Shown here: one piece after another, positions 13,901 through 22,008 of the stretch
How positions within the stretch are numbered: the first letter of the stretch is position 1
Layout: each line of letters starts with the position of its first letter
Virus record (IMG/VR): IMGVR_UViG_3300045988_111237
Coordinates: 1-38,411 of that record
DNA length: 38,411 nt
From: a virus
Reading direction: 5' to 3' (one strand)
The notes under the pieces: generated by a model
Seen by the model: only the letters and a program-made list of their open reading frames with translations
Told to the model about the DNA's origin: nothing
The model's database searches: none
Program-made: the position numbers and the translations under genes

Positions 13901-15145
13901 ATGTTACAAGAACAATTTGACTTCTTGGAAGATATTGAGATAGACAAGCCGGATGTGGAATTCCAGAAGTGGAAAGAACAGAAACGTGAAGCAAAAAGCC
14001 GGATGATTGCCATGCAATATCAGCCATATGATGTAAAAAAGAAGAGGTCAGAACTCCGTGCAATAGAATTTCTTCAGGAGATGGATAAACGTGGAAAAAC
14101 AGCGCATGTCAGTGTCGGTGGACTTGATAGCATTACATTGCATGTGTTCTTGAAATCTATCGGAATTGATGTACCGGCAATATCAGTATCAAGTCTGGAA
14201 GATGCAAGTATTCAGAAAGTGCACAAAGCGCTTGGTGTGACAAGTCTGCATTCATATAAGACAAAGACACAGGTATTGAATGAGGTTGGATTTCCGGTAA
14301 TCAGTAAGCGTATAGCAGGTAAGATCGCATTGTTACAGAATCCGACGGAAAAGAATAAAACGGTCAGACATGCAATTATAACAGGTGAATGTGGAGAACT
14401 CGGACATTTTCAGAAGAATAGCAGGATGAAACTGCCGCAGAAGTGGTTGAAATTGTTCGGAGGGTATGAAAACGAAAATGAAGGAGTGAACTATCAGAAA
14501 CCGGATTTCAAGGTATCAAATGATTGTTGCTACTGGCTCAAAGAAAAACCATGTGACGACTGGGCGAGGGAACATCAGAGCTATCCGTATCTTGGAATGA
14601 TGGCATCGGAAGGTGGGCAGAGAGAAGAAGCGCTTACCGATCACGGATGCAACTACTATGGAAAAACTACAATGCGATCGGCTCCGTTTGCTCCGTATAT
14701 GCGAAATGACATATTAAAGCTGGCGTTGGAAATGGATGATTGGTATCACAAAAACATGGATGTGTTTGAGAAGTTGTACTATGAACAGTCGTACAGCAGA
14801 GACAAGAATGGAAATGTAATACCATATGAACCGGTAGAGCATATCATACCAGATATTTACGGAGAGATTGTTCGGGACCCGAACGGAAACCTTCAGACTA
14901 CCGGAGCGCAGAGAACCGGATGCAGTATGTGCGGGTTTGGAATCCACATGGAGAAAAGGCCACATAGATTTGATAAATTGCGAGAACGTAACCAGAAAGA
15001 ATGGGAGTATTACATGTACCGGTGTTGTACAGATCCAGAGACTGGAGAGAAATATGGCTGGGGAAGAGTTCTCGATTACATAGGAGTTCCGTGGGAAGAT
15101 TATCCGGCAATTCAGATGGAGTTGCCATTAGATCAGATGATGTAG
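13901..15145 (+). CDS. PAPS-reductase-like PP-loop ATPase family protein
   Basis: 414 aa. PP-loop variant SVGGLDS. Cys clusters CCYWLKEKPC and CSMCGFG. AAAGGAG RBS. Confidence 0.75.
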   Translation: MLQEQFDFLEDIEIDKPDVEFQKWKEQKREAKSRMIAMQYQPYDVKKKRSELRAIEFLQEMDKRGKTAHVSVGGLDSITLHVFLKSIGIDVPAISVSSLEDASIQKVHKALGVTSLHSYKTKTQVLNEVGFPVISKRIAGKIALLQNPTEKNKTVRHAIITGECGELGHFQKNSRMKLPQKWLKLFGGYENENEGVNYQKPDFKVSNDCCYWLKEKPCDDWAREHQSYPYLGMMASEGGQREEALTDHGCNYYGKTTMRSAPFAPYMRNDILKLALEMDDWYHKNMDVFEKLYYEQSYSRDKNGNVIPYEPVEHIIPDIYGEIVRDPNGNLQTTGAQRTGCSMCGFGIHMEKRPHRFDKLRERNQKEWEYYMYRCCTDPETGEKYGWGRVLDYIGVPWEDYPAIQMELPLDQMM

Positions 15146-15168
15146 CGTCGAAATTTGAACTTTGAAAA

Positions 15169-15197
15169 TTGAATAATGATGGTTGGAGTGGTATAAT
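15169..15197 (+). promoter_or_regulatory. Near-consensus sigma-70 promoter TTGAAT-17-(TGg)TATAAT
   Basis: -35 at 15169-15174, extended -10 TGGTATAAT at 15189-15197. Confidence 0.75.
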
Positions 15198-15228
15198 ATC
15201 CTTACCAATACGAAGGAGGATATGTATT

Positions 15229-15477
15229 ATGGGTTTAATTGATAACACAAAACAGTTTTGTTTAACATGCAAAAATAAGGGTGTAGTAGACACTATAAGT
15301 GCAGAGGACATGGATAAATTTGATGAAGAATATGATAGACTAGATAAAATGGGATGTCTTTCCGCAGATCAAGTTTATGACAAAGCCTCACAAGGATGCA
15401 AAAAAGATTATTTCTACTGTCCGTATTGTGAAAATGGACAAAAATATAAAGATAAATATCCTAAGTACAGAGCATAA
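15229..15477 (+). CDS. Small zinc-ribbon protein in a self-contained transcription unit
   Basis: 82 aa. CLTCKNKG and CPYCENG CxxC pairs. GAAGGAGG RBS. Confidence 0.65.
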   Translation: MGLIDNTKQFCLTCKNKGVVDTISAEDMDKFDEEYDRLDKMGCLSADQVYDKASQGCKKDYFYCPYCENGQKYKDKYPKYRA

Positions 15478-15491
15478 AAGTGTATGTATTT

Positions 15492-15528
15492 GATACCAAC
15501 CATCATTATTCGATGGTTGGTATTTTTT
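15492..15528 (+). terminator. Rho-independent terminator
   Basis: 12-bp perfect stem ATACCAACCATC / GATGGTTGGTAT followed by a 7-T run. Confidence 0.85.
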
Positions 15529-15552
15529 TGCGCAAAAATGGAGGATATGAGC

Positions 15553-15753
15553 ATGTACATAGAAGAAATAACAGAGCAGACGGTTATTCCGAATCTGATG
15601 GATGATGAGAACGTCTGTATGATTAAGAGAAATTATTCCGGCAAGCTGGAGATCAGTGAGCTTGCCACGTTCCAGATCTCGAAGATTAAGAAGTATATGG
15701 AACGCAAGGATGTTGCATTTGTTATCGTAAAGGATGATGAAAAGGGAGCGTGA
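15553..15753 (+). CDS. Hypothetical protein
   Basis: 66 aa from the ATG at 15553 (GGAGGA RBS). The ORF-track extension upstream runs through the terminator. Confidence 0.55.
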   Translation: MYIEEITEQTVIPNLMDDENVCMIKRNYSGKLEISELATFQISKIKKYMERKDVAFVIVKDDEKGA

Positions 15754-16235
15754 TTTTGTTGAGAAAAATGAAAGTAAAGAACTATCTGCAACAGGTACAG
15801 AAGATTGATGCTGTGATCACAAACAAGATGATCGAGCGGGAGCAGTGGCTTACATTGGCAAGCTCATTGTCCGGACAGACGGATGGAGAGCGTGTGAAGT
15901 CGTCCGGATCCAACCAGAAGATGGAAGATTCGGTCGTAATGGCTATTGACGCTGCAAGAGATATTGATAAGTATGTGGCAAGGCTTAGAGATGTTAAGAG
16001 CGAGATCAGCGAAGTAATTCAGCAGATTCCGGTCAAGGAGTACAATGTGTTGCACAAGCTCTACATTCAAGGCAAAGACCTTGACGATGTGGCAGCGGAC
16101 AACAAGAAATCGTATTCGTGGGCGTCAACCATGCATGGAAGGGCACTTGCTCACGTTCAGGGCGTGCTTGATACATTAGAAGCTCTTCCGGAGAACAGCG
16201 GGAAGTATCGTTTTCGGAAGGGGTTGAAGCTGTGA
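15750..16235 (+). CDS. Putative late-gene transcriptional activator (RinA/ArpU-position, C-terminal sigma region-4-like HTH)
   Basis: About 160 aa. Start is ambiguous (GTG 15750, TTG 15756 or ATG 15768). YNVLHKLYIQGKDLDDVAADNKKSYSWASTMHGRAL resembles a region-4 HTH. Located upstream of HNH/terminase. Confidence 0.45.
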   Translation: MILLRKMKVKNYLQQVQKIDAVITNKMIEREQWLTLASSLSGQTDGERVKSSGSNQKMEDSVVMAIDAARDIDKYVARLRDVKSEISEVIQQIPVKEYNVLHKLYIQGKDLDDVAADNKKSYSWASTMHGRALAHVQGVLDTLEALPENSGKYRFRKGLKL

Positions 16236-16420
16236 GTGAATATCCATGTAAAGGATGTACGGACAGAAAGGTAGGTTGCCATGGCGAGTGTGAAGGCTAC
16301 AAAGCATTCGCCACGGAGCAACGGAAGAAGAATGAATGTATCAGAAAGCAGAAGGATGCTCTGAGCAATTACCTGGATATGAAGCAGGAAGTTGTGGAGC
16401 GGGCGAAAAGGAGGAGATGA
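16232..16420 (+). CDS. Small Cys-rich protein
   Basis: 62 aa. CKGCTDRKVGCHGECEG. 4-nt overlap with the upstream gene. Confidence 0.55.
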   Translation: MSEYPCKGCTDRKVGCHGECEGYKAFATEQRKKNECIRKQKDALSNYLDMKQEVVERAKRRR

Positions 16421-16429
16421 TGCATAGTG

Positions 16430-16795
16430 ATGAACAAGAGAAAATCGATTCCAAAGAAGATACGGCTTTTAGTATATGAAAAATGTAACCATAGATGCGG
16501 TTATTGCGGTTGCGAGATCGAATATAAGGATATGCAGGTAGATCACGCAAAGCCGCTTAGAATTGGAGGGGAAGATGATATATCAAATTACATGCCAGCT
16601 TGTAGGAGCTGCAACCACTATAAAGCCACTTTAGATGTCGAGGGATTTCGAAAGTATCTTTCAGAAATACATAAAAGGCTTATGCGTGACAGCATACCTT
16701 GTCAAGTGGCGGAGCGGTTTGGAATCGTTAAGTATGTGTCTGACGATGTAAAATTCTATTTCGAAGAATTGAGAGGTAATCAAAATGAAATGTAA
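16430..16795 (+). CDS. HNH endonuclease
   Basis: 121 aa. CGYCG...VDHAKP...N...CRSCNHYK HNH/zinc motif. Typical partner of terminase in cos-type packaging. Confidence 0.85.
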   Translation: MNKRKSIPKKIRLLVYEKCNHRCGYCGCEIEYKDMQVDHAKPLRIGGEDDISNYMPACRSCNHYKATLDVEGFRKYLSEIHKRLMRDSIPCQVAERFGIVKYVSDDVKFYFEELRGNQNEM

Positions 16796-17048
16796 CGAGT
16801 GCAGCAATGCAAATATCTGCTTAGACCATATCGAAATCCTTAGCTTGGATGGGTGCACGAGTGGAATACCAGACTGCAAAGTAATCACCAATGCCGACAG
16901 GATAAGGAATATGTCGGATGAAGAACTGCTTGATTTTATATGTTCAATAGAAACCTATGACGAGGGTAGCGTTAAGACTATCGAAAATGGGGTTTCAATG
17001 CACACAGTGACGGAAGTTAGGGTTTGGCTTCAATCAGAAGCGGAATAG
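16785..17048 (+). CDS. Hypothetical protein
   Basis: 87 aa. Operon-packed. Confidence 0.5.
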   Translation: MKCNECSNANICLDHIEILSLDGCTSGIPDCKVITNADRIRNMSDEELLDFICSIETYDEGSVKTIENGVSMHTVTEVRVWLQSEAE

Positions 17049-17056
17049 GAGAGAAC

Positions 17057-17470
17057 ATGGAAGATAGATATTTATTCAAAGCAAAAAGAATTGACAACGG
17101 AGAATGGGTGCTAGGTGCGTTATTTGACGGAGAAAGCCATTGCATTATAGGGCAAGAAATAAAGTTTAGCCCATATATAGAACATGAATGCAAAATCGTC
17201 GGATATGAAGTGGATAGAAACACAATCTGTCAATGCACAGGATTAAGAGACAAGAATGGCAAGCTGATTTGGGAAAATGATATTGTAAGTTGCACGGCTG
17301 AAGAATGCTATGGATACATTGGTTGGAATGAAAGCGAAGCAAGTTTTTACTTTAATGTATTGCTTGAAAATGGAAGATTTGAAGAAGAGCATATTTACGA
17401 TTATCAAGATGATATAGAGATTATTAGCAATAAATTTGATAATCCAGAGTTATTAGAAAGCGAGGGATAA
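17057..17470 (+). CDS. YopX-family protein
   Basis: 137 aa. YLFKAKRIDNGEWV...QCTGLRDKNGKLIWENDIV matches the YopX pattern. Confidence 0.7.
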   Translation: MEDRYLFKAKRIDNGEWVLGALFDGESHCIIGQEIKFSPYIEHECKIVGYEVDRNTICQCTGLRDKNGKLIWENDIVSCTAEECYGYIGWNESEASFYFNVLLENGRFEEEHIYDYQDDIEIISNKFDNPELLESEG

Positions 17471-17471
17471 T

Positions 17472-17792
17472 ATGACAGAGAGTGAAGCGGTTAAGGAATT
17501 TCAACAAAACATTGACTTACCATTTGGAAGTAACGTATCAAAAGAAGCGGCAAAGATGGCAATACAGGCACTTGAAGAAGTACAGAAGTACAGAGAAATC
17601 GGAAGCATAGAAGAGTGCCGTGCGTCGAGAGAAAAGCAAATTCCTAAGAAACCGCTATATATTGCAAATTTAGGTTGTACAGCATTATGGTTATGCCCAG
17701 TATGCGAAAGAAGAATAATCAGAAGTGATTTAGTTTACTGCCATCAGTGCGGACAGAAATTAGATTGGAGTGATGAACATGAGATTGATTGA
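17472..17792 (+). CDS. Hypothetical protein with C-terminal zinc ribbon
   Basis: 106 aa. CPVCERR...CHQCGQ. Confidence 0.5.
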   Translation: MTESEAVKEFQQNIDLPFGSNVSKEAAKMAIQALEEVQKYREIGSIEECRASREKQIPKKPLYIANLGCTALWLCPVCERRIIRSDLVYCHQCGQKLDWSDEHEID

Positions 17793-18036
17793 TGCGGATG
17801 TATTAGTTAAGGATTTATTGGAACAGATACCTTTAGCAGAAAATGTGCCAATATTTAAAGATATTATTGAAAGCCAGCCTACCGCCTATGACATTGACAA
17901 AGTAGTAGGGCAACTAAAGAAAGTCTCATACGAACGATTCGGGAATACCGGCATGGGCGGAGAGCTTGTAGTTAATTTGGATGATGCAATTGAGATTGTA
18001 AAGGCAGGTGGTAAAATCTATGGGAAAGTTGATTGA
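17779..18036 (+). CDS. Hypothetical protein
   Basis: 85 aa. GGAG RBS 8 nt upstream of the ATG at 17779. Confidence 0.5.
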   Translation: MRLIDADVLVKDLLEQIPLAENVPIFKDIIESQPTAYDIDKVVGQLKKVSYERFGNTGMGGELVVNLDDAIEIVKAGGKIYGKVD

Positions 18037-18217
18037 TCCGGAAAGATTAAAGAGCAGATTGGAAAGTTATGCTGAAACATACAAGAGTGCTGGCATGGAT
18101 GTACCGTATGATATGGCGGTTGTGACGGATATCATTGATCGCAGCATTAACAGTTACAATGTGGATTATGTAGCAGAGAATGTAACGGATATGCTGGAGG
18201 GGACGAAAATCTACTGA
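18020..18217 (+). CDS. Hypothetical protein
   Basis: 65 aa. AGGTGG RBS. Confidence 0.5.
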   Translation: MGKLIDPERLKSRLESYAETYKSAGMDVPYDMAVVTDIIDRSINSYNVDYVAENVTDMLEGTKIY

Positions 18218-18373
18218 AAGACGTGGTGGCATGCATCAAAAGAGGATATAGTTTGATTGCATACACCTAAAATCAGTATAAAGATTGTGAAAAAGTTGTA
18301 AGTTTTTTGACTTATTTGTATAACATGAGACGAGAAATCTGTGTTATATTTAATGTATCATAAATGGAAGTTG

Positions 18374-18409
18374 AAGGCATCGTGCATTTTGCATGGTGCC
18401 TTTTGCTTT
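18374..18409 (+). terminator. Candidate intrinsic terminator upstream of terS
   Basis: Stem AAGGCATCGTGCA / TGCATGGTGCCTT (two G:U pairs) followed by TTTTGCTTT. Confidence 0.5.
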
Positions 18410-18495
18410 ATGCCTGCCGTACTCTTTAGCTGATCATATCCTCCGGTGCGGTAGGCTTTTTGTTTGGATGGATATTGTAAAGGATGGTGATTGTG

Positions 18496-19074
18496 ATGGC
18501 TAAGCTTACAGCCAAACAGCAGAGATTCTGTGATGAATACCTGATTGATCTGAATGCCACACAAGCAGCTATCAGAGCAGGGTATTCGAAGAAAACAGCA
18601 AATGAGCAAGGAGCACGCTTGTTAGTAAATGTTAGTATTCAAAAGAAAATATCTGAGCTGCAAAAAGAGCGTGAAAAACGCACAGAGATTACTCAGGACA
18701 GCGTATTACATGAGCTTGCGCTTATCGCATTTGCAAAGGCATCTGACTATGCAAAGGTTGTTGAAAAAGATGCCATGGTAGAGGTTGAAGGGAATATGAT
18801 CCCGGTACTTGACGAGGACGGCAATCCAGTGAAATACAGGACAGTAGAGCCTATTCTGACGGACGAGCTGACAGAAGAGCAGAAGAAAGCTATTGCAGTA
18901 ATAAAAAAAGGTCGAGATGGCTTTGAAATAAAGCCGTATAGCAAGATACAGGCGTTGGAGCTCCTGGGCAGGCATTTGGGTATGTTTACAGAGAAAGTAG
19001 AAGTGAAGAATACAACACCAAATGCATTTGAGGGGCTAACAACCGAAGAATTGAAGAAACTTATTGATGATTAA
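18496..19074 (+). CDS. terS: Terminase small subunit (P27/Terminase_2-like)
   Basis: 192 aa. LTAKQQRFCDEYLIDLNATQAAIRAGYSKKTA motif. Start is uncertain (18484-18496). Confidence 0.85.
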   Translation: MAKLTAKQQRFCDEYLIDLNATQAAIRAGYSKKTANEQGARLLVNVSIQKKISELQKEREKRTEITQDSVLHELALIAFAKASDYAKVVEKDAMVEVEGNMIPVLDEDGNPVKYRTVEPILTDELTEEQKKAIAVIKKGRDGFEIKPYSKIQALELLGRHLGMFTEKVEVKNTTPNAFEGLTTEELKKLIDD

Positions 19075-20467
19075 CAAGCATGATCCTTTATTACAGCAAC
19101 AGCTAAAGATAGAACTATCAAGAAGAGAATTCTGGTCGTACTGCAAACTGACCTCGCCTGACTTCTACAGTAACGACAGACTATTTTTGCATGATCTTGC
19201 AGATAAGCTACAGTGGTTTATCGAAGAGTCAGAACAACAGATAATGGTGGTTAATATGCCGCCACGACACGGAAAGTCACGAACAGCAACCAAGTTTGTA
19301 CAATGGCTGTTCGGTAAATATGGTATAGATAAAAAGGTTATGACCGGCTCATATAACGAAACTCTGTCAGGAACATTTGCAAAGGCTGTCAGGGATGTTA
19401 TAGCAGAAAAACCTACAGATGGCGTTTTGACGTATGGAGATATATTCCCTGGTACAAAGATAAAATATGGAGAAGCCGCTGCACAGAAATGGAGCCTTGA
19501 AGGTAGTCAACAGGCTAATTACCTTGCGACATCTCCAACAGGTACTGCGACTGGTTTCGGTTGTAATATCATGATTATTGATGACCTTATAAAAAACAGT
19601 GATGAAGCTTACAATGAATCAGTATTGCAGAAGCAGATTGACTGGTTCAATAATACCATGCTATCCCGAACGGAAAACAATTTCAAGATCATCATAATTA
19701 TGACGAGATGGTCAACAAAGGATCTTGCTGGGTATATTCTTGCAAACTATGATGATGTAGTACATATCAATTACAAGGCGGTTCAGGAAGACGGAACGAT
19801 GCTTTGTGAAGATATACTGTCATATAAAGACTATAAGTTGAAAACAAAAAACATGAACAAGGATATAGTCCTTGCGAATTATCAGCAAGAGCCAATAGAT
19901 GTTAAAGGTAGATTGTATAGCCATATCAAGACATATACAGATATTCCAAGAGATAGTAATGGCAATAACCTGTTCAGATATATATTGAATTATACAGATA
20001 CAGCGGATACAGGTAGCGATTATCTGTGTTCTATTTGTTATGGAATGTATGAAAACACATATTACATACTTGATGTTTTATATACAAAGGATCCTATGGA
20101 GATTACCGAACCAGCGACAGCTCAGATGCTGACAAATAATAACGTTGGTAATGCACTGATAGAGAGTAATAATGGCGGTCGAGGGTTCAGCAGAAATGTA
20201 ATAAGAGAATTGAAAGCTCTGGGAAATACTCACACTAAGATACAGTGGTTCTTTCAGTCAAAAAATAAAACATCAAGGATACTGTCAAACAGCACAGGAG
20301 TAATGCAGAATGTTGTATTTCCTGTAAATTGGGAAGATAGATGGCCGAAGTTTGCGGAAGCAATAAGGAAATATCAGAAAGAAGGCAAGAATGCTCACGA
20401 TGATGCTCCAGATGCTCTGACAGGTGTATATGAGAATGATAAGCCTAAGGGAACATGGTTGGTATAG
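19067..20467 (+). CDS. terL: Terminase large subunit
   Basis: 466 aa. Walker A-like PPRHGKS, Walker B IMIIDD, C-terminal nuclease region HDDAPDAL. Confidence 0.9.
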   Translation: MINKHDPLLQQQLKIELSRREFWSYCKLTSPDFYSNDRLFLHDLADKLQWFIEESEQQIMVVNMPPRHGKSRTATKFVQWLFGKYGIDKKVMTGSYNETLSGTFAKAVRDVIAEKPTDGVLTYGDIFPGTKIKYGEAAAQKWSLEGSQQANYLATSPTGTATGFGCNIMIIDDLIKNSDEAYNESVLQKQIDWFNNTMLSRTENNFKIIIIMTRWSTKDLAGYILANYDDVVHINYKAVQEDGTMLCEDILSYKDYKLKTKNMNKDIVLANYQQEPIDVKGRLYSHIKTYTDIPRDSNGNNLFRYILNYTDTADTGSDYLCSICYGMYENTYYILDVLYTKDPMEITEPATAQMLTNNNVGNALIESNNGGRGFSRNVIRELKALGNTHTKIQWFFQSKNKTSRILSNSTGVMQNVVFPVNWEDRWPKFAEAIRKYQKEGKNAHDDAPDALTGVYENDKPKGTWLV

Positions 20468-20508
20468 TGAAGTAATCGTTTATAGATTATTTAGAAGGGA
20501 CAAAGAAT

Positions 20509-22008
20509 GTGCTTACAGTAGATGAGATTAAAAAGTTCATAGACGACGATAAAACGAGTGAGAAGAAGCGGTTTGCAAAGGTCGGCGAGCGGTATTATGA
20601 CGGCGACAATGACATCAAGCAGTACCGCTTATTTTATTACAATGCAGATGGCAATCTGGTTGAAGATAAGACTCGAAGCAATGTGAAGATACCGCACCTC
20701 TTCTTTACGGAGCTGGTAGATCAGGCGGTGCAGTATATATTATCCGGCAATCGAAACGGAGAACGCATTGTGCGATCGGATGATCCAGAGCTTCAGAAGC
20801 ATATGGATAAGTATTTCAATAACAATGACATCTTTATGGATGAGCTGGCCGAGTGTATCACAGACTGCAAGGTCAAAGGATTTTCATACATTTATGCATA
20901 CAAGGATGCGAATGACAGATATGCATTTGCTACAGCTGATTCCATGGGCGTTATTGAAGTGCGTAAGAAAGACACGGACGATGGATGTGCCTATGTAATT
21001 TACTATTATACGGATCGCATAGATAAAGGACACAAGGTTATAACACGTGTGCAGGTGTGGAGTGAGAAAGACACGACATACTATGTGATGGTTGACGATG
21101 GTGCACTCATGTTGGATGATTCTGTGAAGATCAATCCAAGACCTCACATCCTGTACAAGAAGAGTGGCGGGAAGGAAGATGATACATATTATGAATCACT
21201 CGGTTTTATTCCGTTCTTTCGGCTGGATAATAACAAGAAGCAGCATTCGTCTCTGCGACCGATTAAACCGCTGATTGATGATTATGATCTGATGGCATCG
21301 AGCTTATCCAATAACTTGATTGATTTCGACACACCTTTGCATGTGGTTAAGGGATACGAAGGCGATAACATGGATGAGTTGCAGACAAATCTCAAGACAA
21401 AGAAGATTATCGGCACAGGAGAGAATGGCGATGTCGACATCAAGACAGTTGATGTGCCGTATCAGGCACGTAAGGAGAAGATGGAGCTTGATGAGAAGAA
21501 TATCTATCGTTTCGGCATGGGTCTGAATACGGCCGGATTGAAAGATACGTCAGCAACAACGAATATCGCTATCAAGGCGGCATATTCGCTCTTGGAACTG
21601 CAGTGCAACAAGCTGGAGATCCGGTTGAAGAAACTGCTCCGGCACCTCGTACGGATTGTAATTGAAGAGATCAACAAGACTGAGCAGAAGGGCTATCAGG
21701 ATTCAGACGTATATTTCAAGTTTGAGCATGTGATCATGAGCAATGCGCAGGAGAATGCACAGATCAAGCTCACGGAAGCGCAGGCACATCAGGTAGTAAT
21801 CAACACGATCATGTCATTAGCAGACACCCTAGATGATGAGACGATTATCAAGGCTATTTGTGATGAGTTAGATATTGACTACGAAGAGATCAAAGACAAG
21901 CTGCCGAAGGACGCAGAGAAGGACACTGTGGATGCTAAGCAGCTGTTGGATGGAGTTGTGACGAATGAACAAGCGACAGAAGGAAGTTCTGCAAGCACAA
22001 CTGAATAG
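20509..22008 (+). CDS. Portal protein (SPP1 gp6-like)
   Basis: 499 aa. GTG start with GAAGGGA RBS. Size and position after TerL. Acidic C terminus. Confidence 0.85.
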   Translation: MLTVDEIKKFIDDDKTSEKKRFAKVGERYYDGDNDIKQYRLFYYNADGNLVEDKTRSNVKIPHLFFTELVDQAVQYILSGNRNGERIVRSDDPELQKHMDKYFNNNDIFMDELAECITDCKVKGFSYIYAYKDANDRYAFATADSMGVIEVRKKDTDDGCAYVIYYYTDRIDKGHKVITRVQVWSEKDTTYYVMVDDGALMLDDSVKINPRPHILYKKSGGKEDDTYYESLGFIPFFRLDNNKKQHSSLRPIKPLIDDYDLMASSLSNNLIDFDTPLHVVKGYEGDNMDELQTNLKTKKIIGTGENGDVDIKTVDVPYQARKEKMELDEKNIYRFGMGLNTAGLKDTSATTNIAIKAAYSLLELQCNKLEIRLKKLLRHLVRIVIEEINKTEQKGYQDSDVYFKFEHVIMSNAQENAQIKLTEAQAHQVVINTIMSLADTLDDETIIKAICDELDIDYEEIKDKLPKDAEKDTVDAKQLLDGVVTNEQATEGSSASTTE

